A stretch of DNA of 27,308 nt from an uncultured Caldilineaceae bacterium (lineage in GTDB: Bacteria; Chloroflexota; Anaerolineae; Caldilineales; Caldilineaceae). Shown here piece after piece: positions 1-9,004 of this stretch (within the stretch, counting starts at the first letter, position 1; each line of letters opens with the position of its first letter). Under the pieces are notes generated by a model. It was not told the origin of the DNA. It searched no databases and saw only the letters and a program-made list of their open reading frames with translations. The position numbers and the translations under genes are program-made. The DNA is taken from the NCBI GenBank assembly GCA_964541665.1, contig CAZIRP010000079.1:1-27308 (forward strand). Direction: 5' to 3'.

Positions 1-345
1 TTTTATACAGGTTCAAAAGATGTACCTGTAGTGTAGGAGAGAAACATGATTTTGTAGCCCACCAACCGGTGGATTTGCGATTAGACGGCGGTGTATTTAC
101 GCATCAACCATTTGGTTGATGCCAGGGGGAAAACTTGATGCAATTGTTCGTTTTCAACTGCCGTTGGTTTGGTTAGGAATGGCGATTGTATGGCCGGTGT
201 CTTGGTGTTGATTTTGGAGAGGCTGGCCGAGGGGATTGGATAAATGAAGGGAGGACGGTTTCTGTTAATGCCCAAGCACCCGATGCCTGGCCCGTGGTCA
301 AAAAATAGAGGAGTTAGGCCCCGAAATAATGGGGCATATTCTCTA

Positions 346-419
346 CCGGACTCTGGCGTTTTTGACCGTCAGACAAGAGGCATTTTCGCCTGTGCCGGAA
401 AAATTCGCCAGAGTCCAGG
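346..419 (-). other. Large hairpin immediately downstream of the EamA stop codon. It is a 13-bp stem (CCGGACTCTGGCG / CGCCAGAGTCC(a)GG) with a ~47-nt loop that has internal pairing. It is followed on the minus strand by a small GCCCC-loop-GGGGC hairpin (317-335) and a T-run.
   Basis: Read directly: 346-358 is the reverse complement of 406-419 with one bulge. The minus-strand order is EamA stop (441-443), the large hairpin, the small hairpin, then TTTTTT (~301-306). Confidence 0.4.
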
Positions 420-440
420 TTCTAAGGCTACCCCTGGCTC

Positions 441-1409
441 TCACTTGCGTTCGTGCGCGGGCCTGGCTGAGAGGTGCACCCGAATTGTGTTGAGCAACGA
501 CGGCAGATTCAGGTTCACAATGGCGATGCTGCCCAGGATCAGCAGCGCGCCGACCAGCAGCCGGGCATCGATTCGTTCATCCAGAAAGAGTGCGCCCAGC
601 ACCACCCCCACTACCGGGATCACATAGGTCACCATGGCGGTGCGCGAGGCGCCCAGCGTGGCCACCAGCGGATAGAAGATCAGATAAGCGCCAAAGGTGT
701 TGACCGCACCCAATACCAATACAGCCACCAGAACAGTAGTGGTCAGGTCACCCAGGCGCACCGCGGACGCGCCGCCCCACATTGGGGCCAGCCCAGTGAG
801 GATGCCGGTGATCGTGGCCGCCACGAGCATCGCGCCCGCCGAGACGACTAGCGGATCCAGCCGGTTCTGCATGGCCTTGCGCCCATACACACCGCCTACC
901 GCATAACAGAGCGACGAGAGGACAATCGCCAACTGGCCGAGCAGGTGCATGGTCGAGGCGGCGGTCATGGCGGTTTCGCCCCCACTGCGCCCGGCCAGGA
1001 TAAACACGCCGAGAAAACCGACGAGCAGCCCGGCCACTTTGCGCAGCGTAATTCGTTCATCCGCAAAGGTAAAGTGAGCCACAACCAGCGCAAAGAGCGC
1101 GGTCGTGCCCTGCAATACACTGGCCAGGCTGCTTTCAATGTGGGTCTCGCCCCAGACGATCAGCACAAAGGGAAAAACCGTGTTGACAATGCCGAGAACG
1201 CAGATATCGCGCAGGCTTGGCCAGTCGGTGGGTAGCTGCTTGCCCCGCGCATAGACCACAATCGTCAGCCCGCTGGCGGCAATCGCGGTGCGGATAAAGA
1301 CAAGCTGAAATGGTGGCACCTGTTCAACGCCGATGCGGATAAAGAGATAAGACGACCCCCAGATTACCGAAAGCAGCCAGAAGCCGACCCAAGCCTGTCT
1401 ATTGGTCAT
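441..1409 (-). CDS. EamA/DMT-family (drug/metabolite transporter) membrane protein. The likely start is the ATG at 1409 (MTNRQAW...) rather than the ORF-track start at 1451.
   Basis: The translation is hydrophobic throughout with two EamA-type halves (WGSSYLFIRIGV..., ...ATITGILT...). GAGGA lies 4 nt upstream of the ATG at 1409. Confidence 0.75.
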   Translation of the reverse strand: MTNRQAWVGFWLLSVIWGSSYLFIRIGVEQVPPFQLVFIRTAIAASGLTIVVYARGKQLPTDWPSLRDICVLGIVNTVFPFVLIVWGETHIESSLASVLQGTTALFALVVAHFTFADERITLRKVAGLLVGFLGVFILAGRSGGETAMTAASTMHLLGQLAIVLSSLCYAVGGVYGRKAMQNRLDPLVVSAGAMLVAATITGILTGLAPMWGGASAVRLGDLTTTVLVAVLVLGAVNTFGAYLIFYPLVATLGASRTAMVTYVIPVVGVVLGALFLDERIDARLLVGALLILGSIAIVNLNLPSLLNTIRVHLSARPAHERK

Positions 1410-1440
1410 AAATCCTCGTGTTCGTTCACCTTGCGTTCGG

Positions 1441-2319
1441 TCATGCCCCAAGCAGCACGGCTTTGTGGGCTGTCAAAAAGTCGGCCACGCTCTGAGGCGC
1501 TTGCCCTGTGAGCTCCGCCACATCATTCGACGCCACAGCCAGCGAACCCTGGGCAATGGTGGTATCAAACCCGGCGTAGACCCGCGCCACCGGTTCGGGC
1601 AACCCGGCCCCTACCATGCCCGCCACAATCGCGTCCACATCCACCGGCACATAAGTCACCGCACGCCCTGTGAGCTCGCTGAGGATCTGGACCAGATCGG
1701 CGTGGGTGACGACGCTCGGGCCCGTGATGTCGAGAATGGTGCGGCCCGCTGGTGGGTTGGCCAATGCTGCTGCGGCCGCGCGGGCGCAATCCTCGCGTGT
1801 GACATACCCCGCGCCACCTGTCCCTGTGGCAGCCACCAATTGCCCACTGGCCACAGCCCGCGGCAGGCTCCCCAGGAACATATCCGTGTAGATATTGTTG
1901 CGCAGCACGGTCCAGTCGAGTGTACTGGCGGCTAAGGCCTGCTCGGTCGCATAGTGGGAATCGGCGATCATCGCTGGCAGCCCCGATTGCGCATTCGAGA
2001 GCGACGTGTAGAGCACATGCTTCACGCCTGCTTGCTCGGCCGCGGCCACGGCATTTTTCTGTTGGGCCGTGCGTCGATCCAGTGCATCGGTGCTGATCAA
2101 CAAAAGCCGCTCCACACCGGCAAAGGCCGCGGCGAGGCTGGCAGGATCATCAAAATTCGCTTGGCGCACTTCTACCCCGCGTGCAGCGAGATCCGCCAAT
2201 TTCTCCGGCGTGCGAGTGGTGGTGATCAACTTGCCCGCGTTGGCTTCGATCAACAATTCGAGGACGCGGCGACCCAGATGGCCAGAACCGCCGGTGACGA
2301 GTAAGGTTGGGGTGCTCAT
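1441..2319 (-). CDS. qorB: NmrA-like atypical SDR, NAD(P)H:quinone oxidoreductase of the QorB/YtfG family.
   Basis: The N-terminal Rossmann motif is LLVTGGSGHLGRRV. It aligns along its whole length with E. coli YtfG-like proteins (VRQANFDDPASL, VERLLLIS, LRNNIYTD). AGGAGA lies 8 nt upstream of the ATG. Confidence 0.7.
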   Translation of the reverse strand: MSTPTLLVTGGSGHLGRRVLELLIEANAGKLITTTRTPEKLADLAARGVEVRQANFDDPASLAAAFAGVERLLLISTDALDRRTAQQKNAVAAAEQAGVKHVLYTSLSNAQSGLPAMIADSHYATEQALAASTLDWTVLRNNIYTDMFLGSLPRAVASGQLVAATGTGGAGYVTREDCARAAAAALANPPAGRTILDITGPSVVTHADLVQILSELTGRAVTYVPVDVDAIVAGMVGAGLPEPVARVYAGFDTTIAQGSLAVASNDVAELTGQAPQSVADFLTAHKAVLLGA

Positions 2320-2444
2320 ATGTGTATCTCCTGATGGGTGGACGTGAGAAGTGAAAGGTGCCCAGCCAATGATGCAGGGCGTTTCACTCGTCGCATTGAT
2401 GACCTAAGTAGAACACAGAAACTGCTTGAGAATCCACAGATTAC

Positions 2445-2465
2445 GCAGAGTTACGCAGATTCTCC
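2445..2465. promoter_or_regulatory. Tandem direct repeat TTACGCAGA-g-TTACGCAGA in the upstream region of the qorB-like gene. It is a candidate operator.
   Basis: Seen directly, about 130 bp upstream of the start at 2319. Confidence 0.2.
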
Positions 2466-2617
2466 AGACGACAAACCAAAAATCTGTGTATGCTTTCGCA
2501 GCTGTGGATTTCCAGGCAGCTTCTATAGGTTACTTATTGTGCCACAGGGCCGCCCAGAGCCAGAATAAAAGCGGGCGCATGTTCGTTTGTCTGCACCCAC
2601 CGCCCATCGCCCATCAG

Positions 2618-4887
2618 CTAATTCTCCAGTGTCTGGGCGAGATACTGGCCGGTCAGCGAATGGGTTGCCGTTCCCAAGTCACAGGGTGGGCCCTCAAACA
2701 TCACCCGGCCCCCTTTGCTGCCCCCTTCCGGCCCCAGGTCGATGATCCAATCGGCATTTTTGATCACATCCAGATTGTGCTCAATGACAATCACCGTGTT
2801 GCCACTGTCGACCAACCGATTCATCACCCCCAGCAAGTGGCTGATGTCCGACATGTGCAGGCCGGTGGTCGGCTCGTCCATCACATAGATGCTGCCCTTT
2901 TTGTGCAATTCGCTGGCGAGTTTGATGCGCTGACATTCACCGCCAGAGAGCGTGCTGAGCGGCTGGCCCAGGGTCAGATAATCCAGCCCGACATCGCTCA
3001 TGGCCTGGAGTTTGTTGCGCACTTCTTTGTGTTGGAAGAATTCCAGCGCCTGTTGCACAGTCATGCTTAAGACATCGGAGATCGACCGACCATGCAGCTT
3101 GTAGGCCAGCACCTCGTCCTTAAAACGGCGCCCCTCGCAGATTTCGCACGGGGTTTTGACCTCGCCCAGCGCGGCCAGATCGGTGTAGATCACGCCCAAG
3201 CCCTGGCAATTTTCGCACGCCCCCTGCGAGTTGAAGCTGAAAAGCGAGGGACTGACCTTGTTGGCCGTGGCAAAGGCTTTGCGCACATCATCCATGACGC
3301 CGGTGTAGGTGGCCGGGTTGGAGCGAGTCGAGACCCCACCGCGGATTGGTCGATCACCACGGCTTCGGGGTGCTGGCGCAGAAAGACTTGATGGATCAAC
3401 GAGCTTTTGCCTGAACCAGCCACCCCGGTCACCACAGTCAACACACCTTTGGGAATATTCACGTTGATATTCTGCAAGTTGTTGACCCTGGCATTTTTGA
3501 TCGACAATACACCGCTGGCCGTGCGCACCTGCGTTTTGAGTGGCAGAGAATGGCGCAAAAACCGGCCTGTCAGTGTATCGGCCTGGAGCAAGCCCGCAAA
3601 GCTGCCTTCGTAGACGATCTGCCCGCCGCCGCGGCCCGCCTGTGGCCCGACATCGACCACATGATCTGCCCCTTGGATCACTTCGGGATCGTGCTCCACC
3701 ACCAGCACGGTGTTGCCTTTGTCGCGCAATTTGCGCAGCAATTCATTCATGCGGTGGACATCGCGCGGGTGCAACCCGATGCTGGGCTCGTCGAAGATAT
3801 ACATCACATCCACCAGACTCCCGCCCAGGTGTTTGACCATCTTGACGCGCTGCGACTCGCCGCCGGAAAGGGTGGCGGTCTCGCGGTTGAGCGTGAGATA
3901 ATCGAGGCCGATATCCACCAGGTGTTGCAAGCGCTCGACCAGTGTTTTCACAATCGGCGCGGCCACCGGGTCGCTGATGTTCTTGAGGAAAGCGATCAAT
4001 TCGTCCACCTGCATAGCGGCCAGTTCAGCAATGTTGCGCCCGTTGATCTTGCAACTCAGCGCGTCTGGGCTCAGGCGGGCACCTTTGCAGAGTGGACAGG
4101 GGCCTTCGGTCATGTAGGGCGCAACCTGCTTCTGCGTGCGCTCCGACAGGGTTTTGAGGTCGCGGGTGATATATTTTTGGGTGAATTTGGCGACGACCCC
4201 ATCAAAGGTAAAGTTAACAGCTTTGCCTGCCATTTCGGTTTTTACTTTGTAGGGCTTGCTGTAGAGCAGCAAATCCATCTCTTCGGGGCTGTAGTCCGCC
4301 AATTTTTTATCATTATCAAACAGGCCAGATTGGGTACAGATGGTCCAGCCCCAACTGTCTACCGCGTATTCGGGGAACAAAATGGCCCCTTCGTTCAGCG
4401 ACTTGGACGGATCGAGGAATGTCTCCAAATCCACCCCCAACTTGCGCCCCACCCCATTGCATTCTGGGCACATCCCTTGTGGATCGTTGAATGAAAACAC
4501 ATTGGCGTAGCCCACAAAAGGCTGACCGACGCGCGCGTATAAACGCCGCAGGATCGAATAAATGTCGGTGATCGTGCCCATGGTCGAGTGCGAACCGCCC
4601 CCCAGCCGTTTTTGATCGACCACCACGGCCATGCTCAGATTTTCGATGGCTTCGGCATCGGGTTGGGCGTAGCGCGGCAAGAAATTGCGCACGAACATGC
4701 TAAAGTTTTCGTTGAGCAGGCGTTGCGCTTCACTGGCAATGGTGTCGAAGACGATCGACGATTTGCCCGAGCCCGAAACGCCCGTGAAGATGGTGATCTG
4801 GCGTTTGGGGATGCGCAATGAGACATTTTTGAGATTGTTTTCGCGCGCGCCGCGGATTTCAATATATTCGGTCGGTCGTGTAGTCAT
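2618..4887 (-). pseudogene. uvrA2: Class-II UvrA-like ABC ATPase (UvrA2/DrrC-like, lacking the UvrB-binding insert). It is interrupted by a single-nucleotide frameshift near 3330-3340, so the gene is split into ORFs 3190..4893 and 2618..3295.
   Basis: The N-terminal part has RGARENNLKNV, GVSGSGKSS, zinc-finger CxxC pairs, LSGGESQRV and a second Walker A GVAGSGKSS. The canonical continuation ...IDQS..G/STRSNPATYTGVMDDVRKAF... resumes in another frame. The shift maps to GTGGGGTCTCGACTCGC (complement of 3323-3339), which contains a GGGG homopolymer. The best start is the ATG at 4887, with GAGGA upstream. Confidence 0.7.
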
Positions 4888-5030
4888 AAGCAAAAGATCC
4901 TCATAAGCCAGAATGATTTGGGTATCCTATGTACGCAGCCTTGCGTTGCCACCCCCGGAAAAGAGCCAGGGATTGTCATACCGCTGTCTCCAGTGAGGCA
5001 CGAGCCGCCGTGGCTGCTTTGTTGCCTGGG

Positions 5031-5741
5031 TTATTGGCTGTGTGTCTCGACGAGCTCTTGGGTCTGGGCTAATTCTATGGCGAGGCTCGCCTGCTCTTCA
5101 TCGCTCAAGGAGAGGGATTGCACCGCGGCCAGGGATGCCTGCGCCAGGACTGGATCCTGTACGCGCACGGCCAGCTCCGCGCGATAGAGCAGCGCCCGCG
5201 CCATCTCCAATGGGGGCGCATCAGCAAAACGCTTGAGGCCGGTTTCCAATGTTTTGAGGGCTTTGGCTTCATCTCCACGGGCATCGCCCAGCCGAGCAGC
5301 AACATCCACAATACCGGCCAAGCCCGTTGTTTTTTCGTCGGACTCAGGCTCTTTATCACCCAATTTGGAAATCCGCAGCCAATTTCCGCCGGGATCCACC
5401 ACGCTAAAGCCGCGCACCGTGCCATATTTTTTGCGCGGGCGCAGGATGCGCGGAATCCCTACGGTTGGGAGCTTGCCGTATGCCGCCCGCAAGCCCGCGG
5501 CAAAGGCTTGATAGAGCGCATCCGGGTCCGGCACGACAATGATGACCGTGCTATACGAATCAGCGGGGTTGAAGCCCTCCATGCCAAAGAGATGAATATG
5601 AATCTCTTCCAATGCCATTACTGCATACGGGTTGGGCTTGAGCTGGCGATAGGTACGCCGAAAACCGAGCACCTCGTAAAAGCGGATCGCCTCATCCAGA
5701 TCGAGGCAGGGGAGACAAGGATAAATACGTTCGTTGGCCAT
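5031..5741 (-). CDS. VOC-family (glyoxalase / bleomycin-resistance fold) protein with a ~100-aa helical C-terminal extension.
   Basis: The N-terminus IYPCLPCLDLDEAIRFYEVLGFRR...HIHLF...VVDPGGNWLRI is a typical VOC beta-alpha-beta-beta-beta module. AGGAAAGG lies 10 nt upstream of the ATG. Confidence 0.65.
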   Translation of the reverse strand: MANERIYPCLPCLDLDEAIRFYEVLGFRRTYRQLKPNPYAVMALEEIHIHLFGMEGFNPADSYSTVIIVVPDPDALYQAFAAGLRAAYGKLPTVGIPRILRPRKKYGTVRGFSVVDPGGNWLRISKLGDKEPESDEKTTGLAGIVDVAARLGDARGDEAKALKTLETGLKRFADAPPLEMARALLYRAELAVRVQDPVLAQASLAAVQSLSLSDEEQASLAIELAQTQELVETHSQ

Positions 5742-5854
5742 AAGTTGATTGCCTTTCCTGGGCTATATACTTCACCATGGTATAGAGCCAAGTTCGGGGC
5801 AATCGGTTCCTGCGGATGGAGCGCTGCAATCCCTGGGATGAGAGCAGTCCGCGC

Positions 5855-6250
5855 TCAAACGTGCTGGATCCACTCGCGGATGAGTTGCTCGAACGCGGCC
5901 TGCCTGGCGCTGACCTCCGCCAGATCGCGAAAGGTGACCGTGGCCCGATCCTTCGCCTGCCAGGTGAGCAACCCGGTTGGATCCGCCACCGCAATGCCTG
6001 TGATGGCTGTGTCGCGTACCTTCGCACCCAAGTGGAGGACGATCCGAATATTCTCCGCTGAACGCAGCTGGAAGGTCGCAAAGTATTCGGTCGTGCGAAA
6101 GCTGGGCACGTTCCACTTGATGCCCTCGGTGATTTGGGGGTCCACACCCAGGATGAGGGCGCGCAGTGCGAGCACCACGGGCTTGAGTGGGTGCTCCAGG
6201 ACGGCGAGAAATTCGTCAACGGTTTAGACAGACGATTTTTTGGTCGGCAT
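5855..6250 (-). pseudogene. DUF1801 (YdhG-like) protein whose reading frame contains an in-frame TAA. The sequence reads MPTKKSSV-stop-TVDEFLAVLEHPLKPVVLALRAL..., and the uninterrupted ORF begins only at the GTG at 6178.
   Basis: The reverse complement of 6224-6250 reads ATG CCG ACC AAA AAA TCG TCT GTC TAA in the same frame as the downstream DUF1801 body (IKWNVPSF motif). DUF1801 proteins normally start M..KTVDEY. Confidence 0.5.
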
Positions 6251-6530
6251 GGTTGGCTCGAGTGTTCTTCTACCTGTGGGGCTTCTCGGCTGATGGATCG
6301 AGATGTGAATCCGGGGAATAGGCTGACCCCTAAATCCCTGGATAGAATAGAATTTTAGCACACTTGTTCTCGGACGGCAAGCGAACACGCCCAAGAGATC
6401 TCCTGCCCTGGGTTGTCGGTTTATTGTCGAGTAAATGTCAGCAAAGTGGCCAGTCTGTCCCGGAAAATAGGTTGAACTGAGGCGACATCACCCTTACCCA
6501 AACTGGACAGCTTACTCGTACATTTGGCCC

Positions 6531-6559
6531 TTGCCAGGTATCAGCTCTTTCTTTATGAT
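6531..6559 (+). promoter_or_regulatory. Sigma70-like promoter for the flotillin gene: -35 TTGCCA (6531-6536), a 17-nt spacer, then -10 TATGAT (6554-6559).
   Basis: The hexamers and spacing were read directly. It lies ~45 nt upstream of the ATG at 6604, and AAGGA precedes that ATG. Confidence 0.35.
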
Positions 6560-6603
6560 GGAGCACGTAATTTCTATATTAACTCAAGTAAAGGAATTGG
6601 ATC

Positions 6604-8781
6604 ATGGCCCAACCAAACTCTTCCCCACCACCCAGATTGCCCAATAGTGTTCAGGTGCGCGATTCACTCAACGAAGTGACAACCACAGCCGAACTATTGC
6701 GGACCGAGGTGGATCGCATTGGCTTTGTGCCGCGCCTTTTTGGCTTTGGCCGCCGCGTCCTCGTGCCCGCCGATGAAATCCACGTAGTCGTCGGCGATGG
6801 GCTACACAGTTTGACCCCTTCTCAATTAAGCAAAGTCTTTGGCAAGACCGCGGATCGCTCATCCTATTACTGGCTCAATCCGCTTACTCAGGTCATCAAA
6901 CTCAAGACAGTTTCGTTCACCGTGCCGGTAGTCGGGCTGGATGGTGGCGGTGTCGAGGCGTTGGACAGTAGCAAAGTCAGCTTTTTGCTCTGGGCCCATG
7001 CTGTCGCCAAACTCAACCCGGACAAAGCCGATATTGCTGCTCAGCGTGTCGGGCTGGATACCAGCAGCCTGCTCAGCACCATCACCAAAGTGGGTACATC
7101 TGAATTGGTGGCTGCCGCGGCCACCATGCCGCTCGAAGAGATCATCGCGTATCGGCAGCGGCTCGCCGAGATCGCCTTCCCCAAAGTCAACCAGATCCTG
7201 TCAGAACTGGGCTATGATCTGGCGTTGTTGACTGTGACCGCACTAGGCGGCGAAGCCTATCGTCGGCTTGTGGAACAGGCCGAGTCGCGCATCTCCAAAG
7301 AGACGAGCATCGCCACCAACCGCGAACAGATCGCCGAGATCCAGGATCTGCGCGCCCGCGAACGCACCGAAGCCGAGATCACAGCCGAGACCGACAAGAA
7401 GCTGGCGGGCGAACGGCTGGAGGCTGAACGGATCGTAGCCGAGGCAACGATGGAGCAGCAAGAGGTGCTGGCCATCCGCCGCCATGAAGTTGACCTGCGT
7501 CAGATCGAGCGCGACAAGACCGCAGCCAATGTGCGGAATGAGTCTGATCTCGTGCAGGTGGAACTCCGACAGAAGATCGCCCGCACCGAGACCGATCATG
7601 AGGCGCAACTAGCCCGGCTACGCGCCGAACGCGCAGCAGAATTGCGTGTGCTCGAACAGCAGCGCGGTGCCGCCCTCAAGCTGGCGGAAGCACAAGCCGA
7701 AGCTGAGCGTCTGGCCGTCATGCAGGTGCGCGAGATCGAGCGGGTGGCCGAGCATACGCGCGCCGAGGCCGAGCGTCTCCGCGAAGCAGAACTGGCCGCG
7801 GCTGAACGGGCCAAAGCCATTGCGCTGGTGCAGGTCAATCAATTAGGCGAGTCGCTCAAGGTCGAAGCCGAAGCCGAGGCGCGGGCGCTCCAACTCAAGG
7901 TGGATGCCGAGACCAAGGCCGATCTGGTCAAGGCGGAGGCCGAAGCCACTGCCACCGAAAAACGCGCCCAGGCTGCCAAAGTGCGTGCTGAAGCCACCCG
8001 GGCCGAAGCCGCGGCCATTGGTCTGGCCGATGCGGAAGTGGAAGCCGCCCAAGTCAAAGTGGCCGAACAGCGTGTCGTTGTGACGCGCGCCGAAGGGTTG
8101 GCCCAGGCCGAGATCGTCGAGGCGCAGGCCACCGCTGAGGCCAGCCGCGTCCGCCAACTCAAAGAGGTGGAAATCAACGCCCAGCAGACGATGATCCAGC
8201 TCTATCAAAAAGCGCCGGTCCTGGTAGAACTGGAGCGCATGAAGATGCAGATGGCTCACGAAGAGCGGCTGACTCAGCTCCGCTTAGAGGCCAATCTGCG
8301 AGTTTTCGAGGCACTGGCACCCAGCCTGCGGGTTCATATCTATGGCAACGGTGGGCAGGCCAGCCGTCTGATCGGCGATGTGATGGCGTTGGCGCAGGGA
8401 TTGCGGGTGTTGGGTGAAGAAGTCCCGGCGGTCGGTCGCCTGGTGGATGGTACGGTCAACGCCAATGGTGCGGAAAGCGATCTGAGTGTGCTATCCAAGC
8501 TAAACTTACCCGCCTTTGTGCCCTATCTTCAGCAGGTAATGGCCGAGATCAACCCGCGCATGTTGGGCAGTCTGACTGTCAGTGCCCTGGTCGAACATCT
8601 GGCCGGTGTGGTCAACGGCGAAAAAGAACTCAGCCAGGCGCTCGCCGATCTTCGCCAGGATGGCAGCTTCCGTGTGATTGGTGATCTGCCGGTTCTGCCA
8701 ATCCTGCGGCTGATCGGCCTTGCCTCTGCCGAGGAGCCGGGGGGCAATAGCAGCGCCGAAACGATCCCGGTAAATGGCTAG
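6604..8781 (+). CDS. floT: Flotillin-family protein. It has an N-terminal SPFH/band-7 domain, a very long (~300 aa) Ala/Glu/Arg-rich coiled coil and a flotillin C-terminal domain.
   Basis: The N-terminal segment (GFVPRLFGFGRRVLVPADEIHVVVGDG...KLKTVSFTVPVVGLDGGGV) resembles the flotillin SPFH domain. The EA-rich repeats (AEAEA...) and the C-terminus (QLYQKAPVLVELERM...RVHIYGNGGQ...) match the flotillin tail. There is a good RBS. Confidence 0.7.
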   Translation: MAQPNSSPPPRLPNSVQVRDSLNEVTTTAELLRTEVDRIGFVPRLFGFGRRVLVPADEIHVVVGDGLHSLTPSQLSKVFGKTADRSSYYWLNPLTQVIKLKTVSFTVPVVGLDGGGVEALDSSKVSFLLWAHAVAKLNPDKADIAAQRVGLDTSSLLSTITKVGTSELVAAAATMPLEEIIAYRQRLAEIAFPKVNQILSELGYDLALLTVTALGGEAYRRLVEQAESRISKETSIATNREQIAEIQDLRARERTEAEITAETDKKLAGERLEAERIVAEATMEQQEVLAIRRHEVDLRQIERDKTAANVRNESDLVQVELRQKIARTETDHEAQLARLRAERAAELRVLEQQRGAALKLAEAQAEAERLAVMQVREIERVAEHTRAEAERLREAELAAAERAKAIALVQVNQLGESLKVEAEAEARALQLKVDAETKADLVKAEAEATATEKRAQAAKVRAEATRAEAAAIGLADAEVEAAQVKVAEQRVVVTRAEGLAQAEIVEAQATAEASRVRQLKEVEINAQQTMIQLYQKAPVLVELERMKMQMAHEERLTQLRLEANLRVFEALAPSLRVHIYGNGGQASRLIGDVMALAQGLRVLGEEVPAVGRLVDGTVNANGAESDLSVLSKLNLPAFVPYLQQVMAEINPRMLGSLTVSALVEHLAGVVNGEKELSQALADLRQDGSFRVIGDLPVLPILRLIGLASAEEPGGNSSAETIPVNG

Positions 8782-8844
8782 CGCCGGTGGAATAGTGGCA
8801 TCGACAAATCGGCGCTCAGGTAAGAAGCGAGTATAATTTGTAAG

Positions 8845-8897
8845 TCCATGGGCTTCCCCTCTGCCTGAACCGTATTGGGAACCCCATGGATTTTCTC
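8845..8897 (+). terminator. Rho-independent-type terminator after the flotillin gene. The stem is TCCATGGGCTTCCC...GGGAAcCCCATGGA, followed by TTTTCTC.
   Basis: The inverted repeat 8845-8858 / 8876-8890 was read directly, and the T-run begins at 8891. Confidence 0.5.
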
Positions 8898-9004
8898 ATG
8901 CACGATCTACACTGGTAGCTCGCCCCAACTGCACGAGGCGCTGCGTAGATCGGGATCAAAATCGACAGTTGGGGATCTCACCAAAGCGAGAGCAGAATCA
9001 ACTT

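Noticed and set aside
1-440. Possible tmRNA, tRNA or RNase P RNA in the low-GC left end
   Set aside because: There is no GGTTCGAATCC-type T-arm, no tmRNA tag reading frame ending in AA-stop, and no RNase P P4 consensus (AGGAAAGUCCGGGCUCC). Only generic hairpins are present, and these are reported separately.
451-500. CTGAGA...ACCCGAA resembling a TPP-riboswitch core
   Set aside because: It lies inside the EamA coding sequence on the opposite strand, and the remaining THI-box consensus (GAACCUGAUC...GGNUAAUACC) is absent.
4950-5030. GAGCCGCCGTGGCTGCTTTGTTGCC as a terminator for the VOC gene
   Set aside because: The stem is only 3-4 bp and the T-run is on the wrong strand for a minus-strand gene. 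It is not convincing.
5118-6227. 369-aa plus-strand ORF covering the VOC and DUF1801 loci
   Set aside because: It lies antisense to two well-supported minus-strand genes. Its translation is low-complexity Arg/Ala/Gly-rich with no recognisable motifs, which is the typical antisense ORF artefact of high-GC DNA.
6604-8781. The EA-repeat region of the flotillin gene considered as a DNA tandem repeat or CRISPR-like array
   Set aside because: The repetition is at protein level (coiled-coil heptads). The nucleotide repeats are imperfect and in frame, with no spacer/repeat periodicity.
8969-9004. TTG-initiated extension of the 9005..10045 gene
   Set aside because: The TTG has no RBS and overlaps the predicted flotillin terminator region. 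The ATG at 9005 is preferred, although the start remains uncertain.
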